A stretch of DNA of 64,000 nt from an uncultured Candidatus Binatia bacterium (GCA_965218425.1 OZ244621.1:3872001-3936000); one strand, 5' to 3'; shown: positions 20,796-32,282, counted from the stretch's first letter. Made by a program: numbers and translations. Notes: generated from the sequence alone by a model not told the origin.

Positions 20796-21194
20796 TCAAG
20801 ATCCCGATTCTCCTTGTTTCGCCGCTTCCTCGGTCCCCGCCTTTGCTCCCTGGAGCTGTTCCTTCGGGGTTGGCTTTGACTCCGGGAGGGCCTCCTCTTC
20901 CACGCGAATTGTGAGAAATCGCATGACTCCCTCGATCAGCTTCATGTTACGTTCAAGTTCCTCTACAATTCCGGCGGTGGCCCGGTATTTCATGAGGGTG
21001 AAGTACCCCCGACCCAGTTTTTGAATGGGATAGGCCAGATCCCTGTTCCCCCACTCCTCGACGCTAAAGTCGGTTCCCTTCAAATCTTCGATAATTTTCT
21101 TAAATCTTTCGATGAACTCCTTTGCCTTCCCCCCCAACTCCGGACGAAGAATAAAGAGAGTTTCATTAAGTGTGAATTCTCTTTGCTTTTCCAT
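20796..21194 (-). CDS. rpsF: 30S ribosomal protein S6
   Basis: ETLFILRP, EEWGNRDLAYPIQK, VMRFL; true start uncertain. Confidence 0.92.
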   Translation of the reverse strand: MEKQREFTLNETLFILRPELGGKAKEFIERFKKIIEDLKGTDFSVEEWGNRDLAYPIQKLGRGYFTLMKYRATAGIVEELERNMKLIEGVMRFLTIRVEEEALPESKPTPKEQLQGAKAGTEEAAKQGESGS

Positions 21195-21273
21195 AATTAA
21201 TCAGATGATTAGCACAGGATAATACCCTTTACAATTGACCTCCTCCAATATCAGGCGCTGGATTTTACCGCCG

Positions 21274-23322
21274 TTAAACCAGTAACGGGGCAATAACCAG
21301 AGACACGACGGACATGAGCTTGATAAGAATGTTCATGGAAGGACCCGAAGTGTCTTTGAAGGGATCCCCCACAGTATCCCCCACCACGGCGGCTTTGTGT
21401 CCGTCTGAACCCTTTAGCTCGCCCGCGATTTCACCCTTTTCAATAGCTTTCTTTGCGTTATCCCAAGCCCCACCTGCATTGGCCATGGTTAAGGCTAAAA
21501 GGACGCCGGTAATCAGGGCACCAGCCAACATCCCGCCCAGAGCCGCCGGACCCACAAGAAATCCAATCACCACCGGCGATATCACCGCTACAACCCCTGG
21601 AATAATCATTTCCTTGAGGGCGGCACGGGTCGATATATCCACGCAACGAGCAGCGTCGGGTTTGACACCTTCCCGACCTTCCAGTAGCCCGGGTATCTCG
21701 CGAAACTGGCGTCTGATTTCGTCCACCATATTTCCGGCAGCTCGACCCACCGCAGTCATGGTCATGGCACCGATCAAAAATGGAATGGTACCGCCAATGA
21801 ACAGCCCGATAACAACCTGCGGCTCGGTTATGATAATTTGAAGTGCCGGCTGACCCTTGGCCAATAGCTCGGCGTTCACGGTCGAAGTGTAGGCCGAAAA
21901 CAGCGCCAAAGCCGTCAGGGCCGCTGATCCTATGGCAAAACCCTTACCGATGGCCGCGGTTGTATTGCCTAGAGAATCTAAACCATCGGTGATCTTACGC
22001 ACCTCCGGTCCAAGGGAGCACATTTCAGAGATTCCACCTGCATTATCTGCGATGGGTCCATAGGCATCCACACTCATGGTGATCCCTACGGTGGCAAGCA
22101 TGGCTACAGCTGCCACGCCAATTCCGTAAAGCCCGGCCATATAATTTGCCACGAAGATAGCAAGACAAATAAAAAGTGCAGGTAAAGCGCAGCTCTCCAA
22201 ACCCACCGCCAATCCGTGGATGATATTTGTGGCGGCGCCCGTTCGGCTTGCTTCGGCGATGCGATAGACCGGTTTGGAGGAAGTGTAATATTCCGTGATC
22301 AATCCAATGGCAATTCCAGTCACGGAACCGGAAAGAACCGCCCAAAAAATTCCTATGCTGATACCATAGCTTTGAACCAGCAAGAAGGCGCCTGCCAAAA
22401 ATAATACGGCGGTAATCAAAGTGGAGCCCCTCAGTGCAGACTGTGGATTGATTCTCTTTAATAGACGCATGGAGGAAATCCCTAGTACGGATGCAATAAG
22501 TCCCGTTAAGGCAAGGCTCAATGGGTAAGCCATAAGCACCAGCCTTGGATTGTCTTGCGCAGAAGTTAGCAGCCCCTTGAGATTTGGTTCCGTCAAGGTC
22601 ACAGCAATTGCAATGGCGGCAATAATGGATCCCACATAGGATTCAAATAGATCGGCTCCCATTCCACCCACATCCCCAACGTTATCGCCTACATTGTCAG
22701 CAATAACGCCGGGATTTCGCGGGTCGTCCTCCGGAATCCCAGCCTCCACTTTGCCCACAAGATCCGAACCCACATCAGCGGCTTTAGTGTAGATCCCTCC
22801 GCCCAGGCGGGCAAACAATGCGATGGAACTCGCGCCCATGGCAAAACCATTGATGATCTTTGCTGTATTAGGTTCACCGTAAAGGAGATAAAAAATGCCG
22901 ACCCCCACAAGGCCCAAGCTCGCAACGGAAAGGCCCATGACTGAGCCACCGTTAAAAGCCACTAGCAGGGCTTCTCCCTGGCCCTGATCCATGGCAGCTT
23001 GCGCAGTCCTGACGTTGGCCCGGGTTGCCGCTTTCATCCCGAAGAACCCCGCCAGCATTGAACAGAACGCACCGGCTAAGAATGCTATGGCCGTGCGAAT
23101 GCCAAGTTGCCACCCCAGGAGAACGGCTACCACGATGATGAAGATGACCAGTATGCGATACTCCCGCATCAAGAAGGCCATGGCTCCTTCATATATGGCA
23201 TCCGCCACTTCTTGCATCTTAGGACTTACGACCGGGATCCGTCGAATACCCAAATAGACCAATAATGCGATAATGAGACCACCCACACCAAAAAAAGGAA
23301 CTGCCGATACCACCCCCTGCAT
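21274..23322 (-). CDS. hppA: Membrane-bound pyrophosphatase, K+-dependent, probably Na+-translocating
   Basis: [69 protein letters not shown] before ATG 23322. Confidence 0.95.
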   Translation of the reverse strand: MQGVVSAVPFFGVGGLIIALLVYLGIRRIPVVSPKMQEVADAIYEGAMAFLMREYRILVIFIIVVAVLLGWQLGIRTAIAFLAGAFCSMLAGFFGMKAATRANVRTAQAAMDQGQGEALLVAFNGGSVMGLSVASLGLVGVGIFYLLYGEPNTAKIINGFAMGASSIALFARLGGGIYTKAADVGSDLVGKVEAGIPEDDPRNPGVIADNVGDNVGDVGGMGADLFESYVGSIIAAIAIAVTLTEPNLKGLLTSAQDNPRLVLMAYPLSLALTGLIASVLGISSMRLLKRINPQSALRGSTLITAVLFLAGAFLLVQSYGISIGIFWAVLSGSVTGIAIGLITEYYTSSKPVYRIAEASRTGAATNIIHGLAVGLESCALPALFICLAIFVANYMAGLYGIGVAAVAMLATVGITMSVDAYGPIADNAGGISEMCSLGPEVRKITDGLDSLGNTTAAIGKGFAIGSAALTALALFSAYTSTVNAELLAKGQPALQIIITEPQVVIGLFIGGTIPFLIGAMTMTAVGRAAGNMVDEIRRQFREIPGLLEGREGVKPDAARCVDISTRAALKEMIIPGVVAVISPVVIGFLVGPAALGGMLAGALITGVLLALTMANAGGAWDNAKKAIEKGEIAGELKGSDGHKAAVVGDTVGDPFKDTSGPSMNILIKLMSVVSLVIAPLLV

Positions 23323-23332
23323 AGATACTCCT

Positions 23333-23899
23333 TTAGTTTGATTGATTAAACTTTTCCATTGCTTGACGAACCCCATCCTTGAGAAGACTTTGGACGGCTT
23401 GTGCAGCCCGTGAAACCACCTGCCCCACCAGGGGCCGTTCTTCTTCAGAAAAAGGGCTCAGAACAAAACCGGTGGGATCCACTCCCCCAGGAGGACGTCC
23501 AATCCCAATGCGAACTCGAAAAAAATTCTCGTCCCCCAAGGCCTCAAGGATCGATAGAACTCCTCGATGTCCGCCGGCACTCCCCTTCGCACGTAGTCGG
23601 ATTCGGCCAAAGGACAAATCCAGATCGTCATGGATCACCACAAGATCCTCCGCCGATACGGGCAGGTAGCGGAATAAAGACGTTATCGCCTCCCCACTGC
23701 GGTTCATATAAGACTGCGGTTTCACCAGCAAGATTCTCTCATGGTCCAACTCCCAACCACCTACCAATGAGTGATACTTTTTTTCACTCACTGAAACGCA
23801 ATGTTCCCCTGCGAGATGGTCCACCACCATGAACCCCAGATTGTGCCTTCCCCGACCATGGCGCTTCCCAGGGTTGCCTAAACCCACAACGATTTTCAC
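23333..23899 (-). CDS. pth: Peptidyl-tRNA hydrolase
   Basis: [34 protein letters not shown]. Confidence 0.96.
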   Translation of the reverse strand: MKIVVGLGNPGKRHGRGRHNLGFMVVDHLAGEHCVSVSEKKYHSLVGGWELDHERILLVKPQSYMNRSGEAITSLFRYLPVSAEDLVVIHDDLDLSFGRIRLRAKGSAGGHRGVLSILEALGDENFFRVRIGIGRPPGGVDPTGFVLSPFSEEERPLVGQVVSRAAQAVQSLLKDGVRQAMEKFNQSN

Positions 23900-23935
23900 A
23901 AAGCATTCCGGAGGTGCGGCAGGAGACGGTTCAAT

Positions 23936-24601
23936 CTATGAACCGGACTCCTCCCCTGTCTTTTTTTCTTCACCTGCGGGGGCCGCAGCCTCACCACCTT
24001 CTGGAGTAACCGCAGCGGCTTCTTCGGCCTTGGGTTCCTCAACCGTCGGTGCAACCACCGTCACTAGAGTAAAGTCGGTGTCGTAAATGGCCTCGACTCC
24101 AGATGGCATGGGCAAAGTACTCACATGGAGGGTGTCTCCGATATCCAATGGCGTAACATCAACATCCAAAGAGGAAGGGATGTCCGAAGGCAGACATTCC
24201 ACCTCGATTTCACGAACCACAGGCTGCAAGATCCCTCCTCTAACGACTCCTTCGGGTTTACCAACAAAGTGCAGGGGAACTTTAACGGTGAGTTTTTCTG
24301 CTAGATCCACCTCGTAAAAATCCAAATGAAGGATTTCACCGGTAATAGCATGCACCTGAATCTCTTTGATTAGAGCCACCTTGTCCTGAAGATTCGATGA
24401 CTGCGACTTCATACGAATCAGATGGGATCCTTCCAGATCGGGAATGGATTTCAAAAGCTCTCGCTTATTCACCTGTAAGGGTATGGGTTGCAGGTTTGGA
24501 CCATAAAATACACCAGGAAGAGTGCCAATGCGTCGCAGCCGCTTTGCCGCCCGCTTATCACTGGCCTCTCTGAGTTCAATTGGAATTTCTAAGGTTTCCA
24601 A
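23936..24601 (-). CDS. rplY: 50S ribosomal protein L25/Ctc
   Basis: PGVFYG, IKEIQVH, HLDFY, VECLPSDIP. Confidence 0.95.
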   Translation of the reverse strand: METLEIPIELREASDKRAAKRLRRIGTLPGVFYGPNLQPIPLQVNKRELLKSIPDLEGSHLIRMKSQSSNLQDKVALIKEIQVHAITGEILHLDFYEVDLAEKLTVKVPLHFVGKPEGVVRGGILQPVVREIEVECLPSDIPSSLDVDVTPLDIGDTLHVSTLPMPSGVEAIYDTDFTLVTVVAPTVEEPKAEEAAAVTPEGGEAAAPAGEEKKTGEESGS

Positions 24602-24628
24602 GGGGGCTTACCTCCTAATCAAATTCTC

Positions 24629-25582
24629 CTACACAAACAGGGAGCTGACCGATTCCTCCAGATGAGTACGGCGAATGGCCTCCCCTATGAGTTGGGCCAC
24701 TGAAAGGGCTTTTATTTTTTTGCACTTTTGTGAGTCCTGGGTCAGCGGAATGGAGTTCGTCACGATCAACTCCTGTAGCGGTGAGTCGTTAATCCTTTGA
24801 ATGGCCTTGCCGGACAGGACAGCATGGGTACAACACGCCAAGGTCTTTTGCGCTCCGGCCTTTTGCAGTGCCTCCGAGGCCATAGCTAAAGTTCCCGCAG
24901 TGTCCACCATATCGTCCACTAAAACGGCCACTCTTCCCTCCACCTCTCCAATGATATTCATTTCATCAACCACATTGGCATCGAGTCTTCGCTTATCGAT
25001 AATAGCGAGACCGGCATTGAGATGTTTGGCAAAGGCTCTCGCCCGAAGCACCCCACCCGCATCGGGGGAGATGATTGTGACCTCATTATGATTCAGGCGC
25101 TGGCGTAGGTGCTCTAGCAACACGGGAGTCGCATACAGATTGTCCACCGGGATATTGAAAAAACCCTGAATCTGCCCCGAGTGAAGATCCAAGGTGAGGA
25201 TCCGTGAAGCTCCGGCCGTGGTAAGGAGGTCCGCCACCAGCTTCGCGCTGATGGGCACCCGGGGACTAACCTTACGGTCCTGACGAGCGTAGCCATAATA
25301 AGGAATCACCGCGGTAATTCTCTCCGCCGAGGCCCTCTTGAAGGCATCCAGCATTAACAACAACTCGAACAAATTGTTGTTTCCTGGAGCGCAGGTGGAT
25401 TGAATCACGAAAACATCGCCTCCTCGGACATTCTCGTTAACTTCAACTCTGCTTTCCCCATCGCTAAAGGTTTCCACTGTGGCCTTACCCATTGAGACAT
25501 TCAGCGAGCGGCAGATTTCCTGGGCAAGGGGAAGGTTTGAATTGCCAGCGAATATTTTCAGAGCATCACGAGATTGACGCAT
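24629..25582 (-). CDS. prs: Ribose-phosphate pyrophosphokinase
   Basis: [43 protein letters not shown]. Confidence 0.97.
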   Translation of the reverse strand: MRQSRDALKIFAGNSNLPLAQEICRSLNVSMGKATVETFSDGESRVEVNENVRGGDVFVIQSTCAPGNNNLFELLLMLDAFKRASAERITAVIPYYGYARQDRKVSPRVPISAKLVADLLTTAGASRILTLDLHSGQIQGFFNIPVDNLYATPVLLEHLRQRLNHNEVTIISPDAGGVLRARAFAKHLNAGLAIIDKRRLDANVVDEMNIIGEVEGRVAVLVDDMVDTAGTLAMASEALQKAGAQKTLACCTHAVLSGKAIQRINDSPLQELIVTNSIPLTQDSQKCKKIKALSVAQLIGEAIRRTHLEESVSSLFV

Positions 25583-25651
25583 AAGCCCACACCATTCATA
25601 CTAAAACGCTGTTTACCTAAGGTTTTTTTGGCCCACTGTGAAAGGCAATTT

Positions 25652-25725
25652 TGGCTGGGCGGGAAGGATTCGAACCTTCGATACCGGATCCAAAGTCCGG
25701 TGCCTTACCACTTGGCGACCGCCCA
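25652..25725 (-). tRNA. tRNA-Gln(UUG)
   Basis: TGGGCGGTCGCCAAGTGGTAAGGCACCGGACTTTGGATCCGGTATCGAAGGTTCGAATCCTTCCCGCCCAGCCA: cloverleaf, anticodon TTG, CCA end. Confidence 0.97.
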
Positions 25726-25762
25726 AGGCAGAACCTTCCACCGCACCATCCTTCCGCCACGT

Positions 25763-26044
25763 CTATTCCCCGTCGGCTTGCCTCCCCGCCTCAGCCAGTA
25801 CTCTTTCATACTGTGCAATGACTTTCTCCTCAATCATCCTCCGCGTTTCATTATTGAGGGGATGGGCGATATCTTTGTAGGTGCCGTCCTTCCTTCTTTT
25901 GCTAGGCATAGACACAAAGAGTCCTGAAGTGCCTCTTATGATTTTGAGGTCTCGAACGACAAAGCAGTGATCGAAGGTGATGGTCACATAAGCTCTGAGC
26001 TTGTCCTCATCCACGGGAAAGACCCTAATCTCAGTGAGCTCCAT
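25763..26044 (-). CDS. spoVG: SpoVG-family nucleic-acid-binding regulator
   Basis: ITFDHCFVVRDLKII, LFVSMPS, YKDIAHPLN. Confidence 0.93.
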   Translation of the reverse strand: MELTEIRVFPVDEDKLRAYVTITFDHCFVVRDLKIIRGTSGLFVSMPSKRRKDGTYKDIAHPLNNETRRMIEEKVIAQYERVLAEAGRQADGE

Positions 26045-26085
26045 GGGGACCTCCTTCCCGCCTGGATCGGTCTAAGGGTTCTGCC

Positions 26086-26934
26086 TTAAGTCAACAAGCG
26101 CACTAAGTAAGCTCGGACCTGTTCCTCCGATTGCAAGCAGCGAAAGGCCTTCTTGGCTTGTTGCTCTGTAGCAAATATCCCAAAGGCCGATGAACCACTC
26201 CCTGACATGAGAGCCCCGGTAGCACCTTCCTGAAGCAATCTTTCCTTGAGATGGGCTATTCGGGGGTAGCGGCTAATGGTCACCTCTTCCAGGTCATTAA
26301 CCAGCAAGCGCGCCAACTCTCCGTAGTCGTCCAAGTGAAGGCTTAACTTAGTATTCTTAATGACTTTTGTCAACTTAAACTTGAGACTCTGGTAGGCCCA
26401 TTTTGTGGATACGGGAAACCCCGGATAGAGGATAACTATCCATAACTTAGGAACCGAGGTCAATATTTTGAGTCGCTCCCCGATACCTCGGGCAATGGCG
26501 GGGCGGCCGTGAACAAAGAAGGGAACGTCAGCACCCAATTGCAAGGCCAACTGGAGCATGGTCTTCTTGCTCACCCCAAGGCCAAAAAACTGATTCAAAC
26601 CGAGCATGGTGGCGGCCGCGTCGCTGCTACCTGCGCCCAATCCCGCGCCCACGGGGATCTTCTTCCGAATATGGATATGGACTGGATGGGCTACCCCGAC
26701 ATGATGGAACACAAGCGCCGCGGCTTTGTGTGCCAGATTTTTTCCTCCGTCCGGCACCATTGGATCATCGCAAGTAACGGTCAAAGAGTTTTTTACGCCC
26801 CGAGGCTTGGTAATCTCAATCTCATCGCACAGGTCCACGGGAACCATCAGACTATCAATCAGGTGGTATCCATCCCTCCTTTTTCCCACTACCTTGAGAT
26901 ACAGATTTATCTTTGCCGGTGCGAGGAATCTCAT
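26086..26934 (-). CDS. ispE: 4-diphosphocytidyl-2-C-methyl-D-erythritol kinase
   Basis: APAKINLYL, KKIPVGAGLGAGSSDAA, LGADVPFF, LMSGSGS. Confidence 0.96.
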   Translation of the reverse strand: MRFLAPAKINLYLKVVGKRRDGYHLIDSLMVPVDLCDEIEITKPRGVKNSLTVTCDDPMVPDGGKNLAHKAAALVFHHVGVAHPVHIHIRKKIPVGAGLGAGSSDAAATMLGLNQFFGLGVSKKTMLQLALQLGADVPFFVHGRPAIARGIGERLKILTSVPKLWIVILYPGFPVSTKWAYQSLKFKLTKVIKNTKLSLHLDDYGELARLLVNDLEEVTISRYPRIAHLKERLLQEGATGALMSGSGSSAFGIFATEQQAKKAFRCLQSEEQVRAYLVRLLT

Positions 26935-27290
26935 GCCAGTCTCTAGGTAACATAGCAGACGGGGAGATACCAGTTGATGGTGCCATCAGGGTTCAGTGAC
27001 GCACCAGATTAGATTGTCGCGCCGAGGTAATTCCGCGAACAAACAAGCCTTGGGAGCCCGATACGTCTCCGGGCTCACGTCCAGTGATCTTCTATGGACT
27101 CATTGGAACCGTACAAAGAAGAAAATAAACGACAAATTTCATGCCTAAAACGGGCGATACAAAGGAGAATACACCGCCGGGGAAAGGAGTTTTAGTTGGT
27201 ACAGGCGTCACGGTGCCTGCCATGAAGGCACCTTATGGCCAAATATGGCCTAAATTGACAAAATTGTGAACTTCTACAACTACAAACCAA

Positions 27291-29111
27291 TCAACCAGCG
27301 CCCCGAATTGGAGCAGCGTGTCTCGGTTCGGCGAACCTCGCGCCGGCAACCACCAGAGTGATCACCATCAGGACACCCGTGACAGCTACCATGATGGTCG
27401 CTGCAGCTGAGGCCACACCCATGTCCCCGTCTCGCCAAAGCAGCCAAACCGAAGCCGAAAGCACCAAATTCTTGGTCTCTGTCAAGAACAAGGCCATACT
27501 TACCTCACGAAATGTAAGCAACGCTGTCCATAGCCCTGCAAATATCAATGAGGGTTTAATCAAGGGGGCAATCACCCGCCCCATGACCGAGACGTTGGAG
27601 GCTCCGCATACCCTTGCACACTCCTCCAACTCGGGAGTGACCTGGAGCAACGCGGCGTTGGTAATTCGAGTCCCGTAAGCCAAGCGATTCAACACGTTTG
27701 CGATAACTATAATAGCCACTGTCCCCCGTAGGGGAAGCCAGGGCATCCATCTGGATACTACGAGTCCAACGATGAACAAAGCGAAGGCAAAAGCCAACCC
27801 AGGGATGGCATGGGGGAGGATGGCAAGGGTGTCCATGGTTCCGCGTCCTCGAATCCGAGTGCGCACAACGATCCATGAGGTCATGAAACTAAAAAACAAC
27901 ACGAAAAACGGTACGCTCACGGTTAACACGATTGTATTTAGAATCACCGAAGGACCTCCCACCACGATGAGAAGGTCTTCGTAGTTTCGGAAGCTCAGCT
28001 TAGATAACGTCTCCACGGAAGGCATCTGTACCACCGGAAGAAGGGAAGACCAAAGAATGACGAGAATGGGTAAAACAACAGCGAGAGACAGGTACAACAG
28101 CACAAAAGCAAGGCCGGCATATTTGAAGCGACCCAGATCCACGTCCCGTGGTCGGTACCCTTTCCCTGTAATCACCCCGTAGCGATGGGCCTTGGCTAAA
28201 ACCCTATGATAAAAATGTAGGGCCAGCAGACTTGGGGCGGCAATTAAAACACCATAAACCCCTGCTGCGCCGTATTTAATTTCTGCGGCGGCCGAATCTG
28301 GCGTTGTCGGATGCACCGTATAGAATAACTCGCTTGCCAATACCGGTGCCTTCCCGCTTGCCCCTCCTAGCATGGCAGGCACTTCAAAGATAGAGATGGC
28401 CGTCATAAAATTATAGATGGCCCCGCCCAATATGGCCGGCCATATCAGTGGAAGACTGACTCCCGTGAACGTCCACCATCGACTGGCACCCGATACCCCA
28501 GCCGCTTCTTCCAAAGAAGGATCCAGAGCTCGCATGGGGCCAGAGATGAGGAAGAACATAGACGGAGTCAACACCAATCCCATCACCCATGCCATTCCAT
28601 AGGGATTGTTTAAGCTGATGGGGATGCTTTCCAGGCCCAGCAGACTTGCCAGTGAGTTGTTCAAGATGCCGATCCGCTCGTTCACCAGAATGATCCAACC
28701 CATGGCTTTGACAAACCCTGGGACCACCACTACGGTGGCGATGAGGGCCATAAAAACATTTCGAAATGGCAAGGTAGTGCGATTTAGCAACCATGCAAGG
28801 GGGCCCGCAAAGAAAACCGTAACCAGGACGGTTCCCACACCTACGATGACTGTATTGGGAATTACTTTGATAAGCAGATAGGAGTCTAAGAGTTCAGTCC
28901 AATGACTCAAGGTAAAGCCCGGGTCCACCGGCAACCCAGGCACAAAGGTCATATAAAGGACGAACAGAGTCAGCGCCACCACACATGAGAGGGCCACCCA
29001 GGAGAAGAGGAGTGGAAGCAGGTGAGGGCCAAAAAAATGTGCCAAACGAGCCCCCACCCATGTGTGCCAAGGGACCCACTTGATCGTGGATTGCCGTTCA
29101 CCCTCCGACAT
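27291..29111 (-). CDS. ABC transporter permease (FbpB-like, two BPD domains)
   Basis: LDPSLEEAAGVSGA and ELEECARVCGA EAA loops. Confidence 0.88.
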   Translation of the reverse strand: MSEGERQSTIKWVPWHTWVGARLAHFFGPHLLPLLFSWVALSCVVALTLFVLYMTFVPGLPVDPGFTLSHWTELLDSYLLIKVIPNTVIVGVGTVLVTVFFAGPLAWLLNRTTLPFRNVFMALIATVVVVPGFVKAMGWIILVNERIGILNNSLASLLGLESIPISLNNPYGMAWVMGLVLTPSMFFLISGPMRALDPSLEEAAGVSGASRWWTFTGVSLPLIWPAILGGAIYNFMTAISIFEVPAMLGGASGKAPVLASELFYTVHPTTPDSAAAEIKYGAAGVYGVLIAAPSLLALHFYHRVLAKAHRYGVITGKGYRPRDVDLGRFKYAGLAFVLLYLSLAVVLPILVILWSSLLPVVQMPSVETLSKLSFRNYEDLLIVVGGPSVILNTIVLTVSVPFFVLFFSFMTSWIVVRTRIRGRGTMDTLAILPHAIPGLAFAFALFIVGLVVSRWMPWLPLRGTVAIIVIANVLNRLAYGTRITNAALLQVTPELEECARVCGASNVSVMGRVIAPLIKPSLIFAGLWTALLTFREVSMALFLTETKNLVLSASVWLLWRDGDMGVASAAATIMVAVTGVLMVITLVVAGARFAEPRHAAPIRGAG

Positions 29112-29384
29112 TAATCAGCCCAGGGAGTCGCCGTAATGAGCGTCGGTTTGTGACAAAGAGTTGTTTGTATTATGAATCGGCAACTCACGATGAGTGTAGT
29201 TACGAACCTGGGGTTAATACATCGGCAATTCACGTAACTGCAATCCAGGATCGCATATCCATTGATATTTTGGTCGGAACCGGGTCCATGCACGGCACCT
29301 GACCTATGAGCCATGGACCCAGTTGGGGATCGCCAAGTCAAAGGGAACCTGTTTCGCAAACCCTAGCTATGGCGGGGTTCCGTT

Positions 29385-30535
29385 CTAACGTCGACGCTTT
29401 TTTCTTTGAGTCAAACCTCTTTTCAACTTGGCCCTATAGGCGCGACCCTCTTTCGTGCCATACCACTTGAATTGCTTGACTGTCTCCGAGCTGTCGTACC
29501 ACGTTATCACCTTGCTACCGCTTGCCTTGAGACTCTTTCTGGCCTGCTTGTCGATGTCGCTCTGGCCGAAGGCGGCATTGGACTGGTAGTTTACGGGTTG
29601 CCAGATGGCTTGCGCCTCGGGCGTAGTCATCCACATGGCCCAGAGGGTTGCCGTAGCAGGGTGTCGCACGTTTTTGGGTATCAGGTGAAGGACCCGGGTC
29701 ATAGGGGTATAATCGGAAAACCAGCGCTGTCCCAAAGCGAGTTTTGGGTCTTTGGCTTTCTTCTGCCCGTAGTAGTAGGAATTTGTTGGCTGGAAGGCAA
29801 ATTCCCCCAGGAGCATCCGGTCCACACCCTGACCGTACCGGCGTTCTTTCCAGTTTGGTCTGCGATCTTCAACCATTTGTCTTTGTCATAGACGAGGATT
29901 CCAATCTCCCACATGGAGGTCCATGGAGGAACCGTGAACATACCCTTAAACTTCGGATTTGCAAGATCTGCCACGCCCTCGGGGAGCTTGTCCTCAGAGA
30001 TGAGTTTTTTGTTGTAAAGAAAGGAACGTGACCTTGTACTCCACATAAAGCTGTAACCACTAAAGGGAGCGGGGCTTACCTCCTCCGGTTTGACTTTGCC
30101 TGAACCCACCAGCGGATTGATTTCCGCCAGTAGGGTCTGCCAGTTATCAATGTAAGTCGAAAATCCGGCCTCTTTCATTTTCACGTGCTCCTGTCCGGTA
30201 CCGGTGAGGGCATCATAGGCGGGGATTCCACCTGTCTTGAGGGTTGCGTGTAATTGAACGAACTTGTTTGACATGCTGCCACGGGCCATGTTGATCTCAA
30301 CGTTCATCCCAAACCGCTTATTGAAGGCATTTATTAGCCGGGCTTGCGCCTTTACAATCCCTGAAGTAATGGCAGTGTTCAGCACCCCTTCCTTCTTCGC
30401 CTTAGCCACCAAATCATTGAGGAATTGTTCTCCTTGCGGGCTCGCGAATGCGGGGCTCCCTAAGAGATTGCAAGAGAAAAACGCCAGAGCAACCCAGGCA
30501 AGACCGACCTGGGGGAACCTGAACAATAAATTCAT
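29385..30535 (-). pseudogene. ABC substrate-binding protein, frameshifted near 29835
   Basis: N part AKAKKEGVL...DLANPKFKG (29699-30535 frame); C part RHPATATLWAMWMTTPEAQ (29385-29876 frame). Confidence 0.78.
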
Positions 30536-30664
30536 TAGGACACCTCCAAAGTGCGATTACGATGGATCGTACGCTTCCCCCCCTCATGGTGTCAAGCTCC
30601 CGTTAGAAAGAATTATGGTAATTTGTGAAGTGAGAATGAGGTAGCCTAGTTTTAAAAGGTCCTT

Positions 30665-31145
30665 TGACCTGCTCCCCTTTTTGTCCTCACCTATAAGTTA
30701 GCGGTATTTCACTGTGTTCCGATCGGGACCGGATTGCAAACTCCGTCGGCGTCAGTCCGTGGAGGCTCGTGTGTGGTCTTCTGGCGTTGTAGTCGGCCCT
30801 CCAGTCTTCGATGATCTCGCGGGCTTTGCGCTAGCTTGTGAACATGTGCTCGTTCAGGCATTCATCGCGCAGAGGCCCGATGAAGCGCTTGGCGTTCTGC
30901 GCTTCCAGGTTCCGAGGCCGTTTCGCCTCAGACACCTCCAGCCCGCCGTACTTCGAACGCCACTTGTACAACGTCGCGTCGCTGATGCCGTACTTGCGAC
31001 ACAACTCCGCCACCCCACGCCCAGCCTGGTGCTCCTTCAGTATCCCGATGATCTGTTGTTCGCTGAATCGGCTCTTGCGCATGTGTCCTCTCCTCCTGGG
31101 TCAATCACTAACCTCGAGGTGAGGACATTCAAGGGGGGCAGGTCA
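30665..31145 (-). mobile_element. Internally deleted (481 bp) copy of the IS407-group element
   Basis: Both terminal IRs present (TGACCTGCTCCCC... / ...GGGGGCAGGTCA); OrfA LEAQNAK fused to OrfB RFIGPLRDECLNEH; near-identical to the ends of 17386-18571. Confidence 0.9.
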
Positions 31146-31320
31146 GTCCTATACCTGCTCATGACCAACGTCATCACAAACCCCACGATATACTGCATAA
31201 GAAATGGGGCTGCCAAATGTTTATAGTTTCGTGCTGGGGTGAACTCAGTTCTAGGTCAAAAGCGACTGTACGATCTCTCGTGTCAAGCGCTTTACCGACC
31301 GCCAATTAATAACGTATGAT

Positions 31321-31854
31321 TCAATTAGACGTTGCTTTCTTATCACCCTTCCAATCGGGCGAATTCTCCACTTGCTCAAACATGTTCCCCAAAACCTTGA
31401 AAAAAGGCATGTATAGAAAAGCCATCCACTTGGCCGGCGTACCTGGAACTTTGTTGAAATGCTGGTGCTCGCAGCCGTCGGGTTTCACTGGCAAAACGAT
31501 TAGATCCCACTTCTCCCACTCCACCTTACTTCTATCCACGACCGTGTAACCCTCACCATCCAGGACAAACAGCTGTATTCCCCCCTGGTGGCGGTGTTTG
31601 CCTGAATGGACCTTGACATCATGGATGAAGCATGTCCAGTCATCCGCCGCCGCGTCCCTCTTACCATGCCAGGTGAGAAAGGTCTTGGTTAGGGCCTGCC
31701 TGCCCTGCCGCCATGGGAGGTCCTTTGCCCGTATCACGATCTTGCCAGTCCTGGCACGCTCTCTAGCCTCTGCGTTAAGTCGTAGCGTCTCTTCATAGTG
31801 CGCCCCCTCCTCCTTCTGTTCCGGTCCTCTCTCTTTTACTCTTTCCCTCTCCAT
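31321..31854 (-). CDS. Single-domain cupin protein
   Basis: SGKHRHQGG..FVLDGEGYT, EHQHFN. Confidence 0.8.
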   Translation of the reverse strand: MERERVKERGPEQKEEGAHYEETLRLNAEARERARTGKIVIRAKDLPWRQGRQALTKTFLTWHGKRDAAADDWTCFIHDVKVHSGKHRHQGGIQLFVLDGEGYTVVDRSKVEWEKWDLIVLPVKPDGCEHQHFNKVPGTPAKWMAFLYMPFFKVLGNMFEQVENSPDWKGDKKATSN

Positions 31855-32180
31855 TGTTGTCCTCCTTTTGCCGCTTGACTAAGTGCCTTTATCATTATGC
31901 AGCCAAAACTGACGAACTGCATTTTTAATCGGTCACTCGCACATACTGAATTTCGGGATAGCATAGCACAATCTCTGATTCGAGGCAGGCCTGGTGCACC
32001 ATTCTCCTAATCACTTGATCGCTTTTCAACCCCTATTCTCAGTGTGTAGTCCAGTGAACGCCGTACCACAGACTCGCGTCTGTAGCCTTGGGCGCCGCCA
32101 CCGTGGAGTAAGGGCCTGCTACTCAGCAAGGGGCTTCAACCCCGCGCAAACGCACAGGCCGTTCTGTACTATGGGTGCGC

Positions 32181-32210
32181 TTGACAACCCCCAATCGGAT
32201 TGGATATTGA
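32181..32210 (+). promoter_or_regulatory. Candidate promoter with operator palindrome
   Basis: TTGACA at 32181 followed by palindrome CCAATC-G-GATTGG (32191-32203) upstream of the FAH gene. Confidence 0.35.
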
Positions 32211-32282
32211 TCGACTTTCTTATTGAACGATGGCGGCAAGAATCCGTATTGAATTTTCAAATAGAAAGAGGGGATCCTATTC

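Noticed and set aside
25763..26044. spoVG as evidence of sporulation
   Set aside because: SpoVG is widespread in non-sporulating bacteria, and the ispE-spoVG-tRNA-Gln-prs order looks ordinary.
29280..29385. c-di-GMP riboswitch-like text and a 9-bp stem GGGTCCATG/CATGGACCC
   Set aside because: The GEMM two-hairpin core is absent and the orientation is opposite to the genes; probably an intergenic hairpin.
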